Of a stretch of 64,000 nt of DNA, positions 61,325 through 64,000 are shown one piece after another. A model generated the notes under the pieces. The model made no database searches. It was not told the DNA's origin and saw only the letters and a program-made list of their open reading frames with translations. Made by a program: the position numbers and the translations under genes. The stretch covers positions 1,792,001-1,856,000 of the forward strand of contig OZ239628.1 in the NCBI GenBank assembly GCA_965195345.1. The letters are read 5' to 3'. This DNA is from an uncultured Thiomicrospira sp. Lineage in GTDB: Bacteria; Pseudomonadota; Gammaproteobacteria; CAKMZV01. Numbering within the stretch: position 1 is the first letter of the stretch; each line of letters begins with the position of its first letter.

Positions 61325-62110
61325 ATGCACCCAATTCTTGAAATAAAAAACGCCACTGTTTATCAAGGGGATACCTTAGTATTTAAGGATTTAAATCTCA
61401 CCATAGATGACCAGTATAACACCGTTATTCTTGGGCCGAATGGCGCAGGGAAGAGCACGTTACTAAAACTGCTAACTCGTGAAACTTACCCCGTTAAGAA
61501 ACCCGATACCCAAATTAATATCCTAGGAGAAAAGCAATGGAACATTTGGGATCTACGCGCACATATGGGCATTCTTTCAAGTCATCTACAGAGCGAGTAC
61601 TTGTTAAATGCACCAGCAAGAAACGTTATACTTTCTGGCTTCTATTCAAGCAACGACGTAAAAACGCATCACCACTTTAGTAAAAAGCAACAACTGCGCG
61701 TTGATGAGCTGATTGCATTCTTAGATATTGCGCCTCTGCTGGATCGGGTGTTTGGTGAGCTGTCCACTGGCGAACAACGGAAATTGCTCTTTGCTCGTGC
61801 TTTAGTACATAAACCAAAATTAATGGTGTTGGATGAACCAACCAGTGGTCTCGATATTTCAGCATGTTTTGAATATATCAAGATAATTCAGCGGCTTATA
61901 AAGTCAGGGACGAAGATTCTTTTGATTACTCATCATCTCCATGAAATCCCACCAGAAATTGAGCGGGTAATTCTTCTCAAAAAAGGCGAAATCGTCCAAG
62001 ACGGATTAAAAGAGAGCATTCTAACGACAGATAATCTAGCTTATATATTTGGCACTTCGCTGAGACTAACTGAAATAGAAGGCTTCTATCACGTCTCACC
62101 TACTAAATGA
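61325..62110 (+). CDS. ABC-family ATP-binding protein (ModF-like, stand-alone)
   Basis: Walker A GPNGAGKS, LSTGE signature, LDEP, ITHH. Confidence 0.9.
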   Translation: MHPILEIKNATVYQGDTLVFKDLNLTIDDQYNTVILGPNGAGKSTLLKLLTRETYPVKKPDTQINILGEKQWNIWDLRAHMGILSSHLQSEYLLNAPARNVILSGFYSSNDVKTHHHFSKKQQLRVDELIAFLDIAPLLDRVFGELSTGEQRKLLFARALVHKPKLMVLDEPTSGLDISACFEYIKIIQRLIKSGTKILLITHHLHEIPPEIERVILLKKGEIVQDGLKESILTTDNLAYIFGTSLRLTEIEGFYHVSPTK

Positions 62111-62296
62111 CCGACATAAAAGATTTTGATGAGCAAACATGTTTGAATTTTGTCTATTAGTTCCCCTCAAATACGCCGCGTAACCACCAAATTACAGAGA
62201 TGGAAAAACACGCATTTACATTTATACGCCTGTGGAAACAAAATTTTCAACTATTAAGCCCCCAATCATTGATTTTTCAAATACAATATATGATCA

Positions 62297-63148
62297 ATGA
62301 ACATTGATCATATGCGTGCCTTTCTTGAAATTGCAGCAACAGGTAGTTTCCAACTTGCTGCTGAGAAGCTTTTTGTTACCCAATCAACTATCAGCGCACG
62401 TATCAAAGTGCTTGAAGAACAACTCAACCGTCCTTTATTCATTCGAAAACGCAACGGTTCTGAATTAACCGCTGGTGGGCATCATTTTTATCGACACGCT
62501 TTAACTGCTGTACGTGCATGGGAGCGCGCGCAAAATGAAATTGCACTGCCTGAAGATTTAAAAGCAGTGATTAACTTAGGGATACAAATCAACCACCTTG
62601 AAAAAATCTCTGATCCTTGGCTAAAATGGATGAATAAAAATCATCCTGGTGTCGCTGCTAATATCATTTCTGATTACACTGGTCCATTGATGACGCGTTT
62701 ACGCGATGGGTTGCTTGATCTTGCGATTGTATATGACCCACAGCAACGGCCTGATTTAGTCATTGAACCATACATTCGTGAAGACTTAATATTAGTTAGC
62801 TCAACTCCAAGGAATCTGCACCCGCGCTCGATTGATGATTACGTATTTATAGATTGGGGTGAGTCTTTTCGTACACAGTACAATTTAGCATTTCCAAAAG
62901 CACCGTACCCTCGCCTAACTATTAGTACGGGTAGTGTGGGATTGAATCATATATTGCTTAATGGCGGATCAGGCTACTTTCTTGAGAGCACTGTCAGACC
63001 TATGATAGACACAGGGCAACTATTTCTTGTGGGAGACGCCCCTATTTTTCAACGCCCGACTTACCTGTTATATCAAAAAACACCTTTCGATGAAAAAATG
63101 ATTTCAGCATCCGTGACAGGTTTACGTGAAGCAATCACTGGTGCATGA
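62297..63148 (+). CDS. LysR family transcriptional regulator
   Basis: GSFQLAAEKLFVTQSTISARIKVLEE HTH; LFIR; LDLAI. Confidence 0.95.
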   Translation: MNIDHMRAFLEIAATGSFQLAAEKLFVTQSTISARIKVLEEQLNRPLFIRKRNGSELTAGGHHFYRHALTAVRAWERAQNEIALPEDLKAVINLGIQINHLEKISDPWLKWMNKNHPGVAANIISDYTGPLMTRLRDGLLDLAIVYDPQQRPDLVIEPYIREDLILVSSTPRNLHPRSIDDYVFIDWGESFRTQYNLAFPKAPYPRLTISTGSVGLNHILLNGGSGYFLESTVRPMIDTGQLFLVGDAPIFQRPTYLLYQKTPFDEKMISASVTGLREAITGA

Positions 63149-63162
63149 CTGAAAAATCCACA

Positions 63163-63867
63163 TTAAGCATTTATTGCTTGAAAAGTTAATTCAGATAAAC
63201 GCTTTCGTTGCTCGCCTGATTCATGAAAATTACTCGGTTGCAACCAGATTTCAAAAGCCTGCCTTAACTCAGACCACTCTGAATCAATACATGCGAACCA
63301 AGCCGTATCTCTGTTCTTGCCTTTAACTATCATGTGTTGTCGAAAAACACCTTCGTAACTAAAACCCAAACGCTTTGCTGCACTACGCGATGCTAAATTG
63401 AGTGCATTACATTTCCATTCATAGCGTCGATAACCCGTTTCAAATGCAAACTTCATGAACAGATACATACTCTCAGTCGCCATTATTGTTCTGCTTAACA
63501 ATGGCGAATAACAAATATGACCAACTTCTATTGTTCCCATGACTGGATTGATGTTCAGATAACTAGCCACTCCAACAGCCTTACCAGACTGTAAATCAAT
63601 AATGGCATAGAATAACGGATCTTTACTTTCAACCATACACCCCAACCAATCAATGTATTCTTCTAATGTTGCAAACGGACCATACGGAAGATAGCGCCAA
63701 ATTACCCCCTCTTTATCGATGCTATTTGCCAAAAACAAATCCTTCCCGTGTTTTTCAACATCCAACTTTTCTACTGCGCAATAACTCCCCTCAATACGCT
63801 TTCCTTGCGGAAAGCTTGCCGATTGCCAATGCAGTAACTCTTGACCCAACGTATCCGTACTATTCAT
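63163..63867 (-). CDS. GNAT family N-acetyltransferase (RimJ/RimL-like)
   Basis: IEVGHI, GYRRYEWKC.ALN..S..AA.RLGF..EG.FRQ, KGKNRDTAWF; GGAG RBS. Confidence 0.9.
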   Translation of the reverse strand: MNSTDTLGQELLHWQSASFPQGKRIEGSYCAVEKLDVEKHGKDLFLANSIDKEGVIWRYLPYGPFATLEEYIDWLGCMVESKDPLFYAIIDLQSGKAVGVASYLNINPVMGTIEVGHICYSPLLSRTIMATESMYLFMKFAFETGYRRYEWKCNALNLASRSAAKRLGFSYEGVFRQHMIVKGKNRDTAWFACIDSEWSELRQAFEIWLQPSNFHESGEQRKRLSELTFQAINA

Positions 63868-64000
63868 CGTTAGCTCCTTTATATAATGTCATGTATACAA
63901 TGTGCATAAAACACATACTCCCGTATAAATATTCATTTAATACAACTTGCATACACTGTATTCTATCTGTTTTTTTTATAGCTCTACTTATAGGTTTACT

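Noticed and set aside
425-61881. Numerous 60-136-aa ORFs antisense or out of frame within assigned genes
   Set aside because: Shadow ORFs of well-supported genes, with no motifs or RBS

Overview
Chromosomal window from an AT-rich, probably marine gammaproteobacterium (taxonomy inferred from protein style only). It contains: nuoA-J (complex I, minus strand, nuoJ truncated at the window edge); a DUF1185/flavin reductase/aldehyde dehydrogenase catabolic trio; frmA-fghA formaldehyde detoxification genes; a 995-aa gluzincin/beta-propeller/beta-barrel outer-membrane protein; fadE-fadN-fadA. An accessory block of about 11.7 kb (25.6-37.2 kb) follows. It holds integron-type attC sites with intact and decayed cassettes but no integrase, an apparently uncharacterised Rieske oxygenase-glyoxalase-EutQ cupin-glutamine-synthetase-like operon with a divergent MetX-like hydrolase, and a 1260-aa secreted NHL/3x GbpA-domain-2-like/FG-GAP protein whose predicted promoter contains a (TAGG)6 microsatellite. 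The rest carries ETF-QO, rsmB-fmt-MFS, soxBDAG, pgi, mgsABC (N-methylglutamate synthase), mmsA/ACAD/thiolase, SPFH-NfeD, an ABC ATPase, LysR and a GNAT. No rRNA, tRNA, CRISPR array, integrase or intact transposase was seen. All calls come from reading motifs by eye; no database searches were run.
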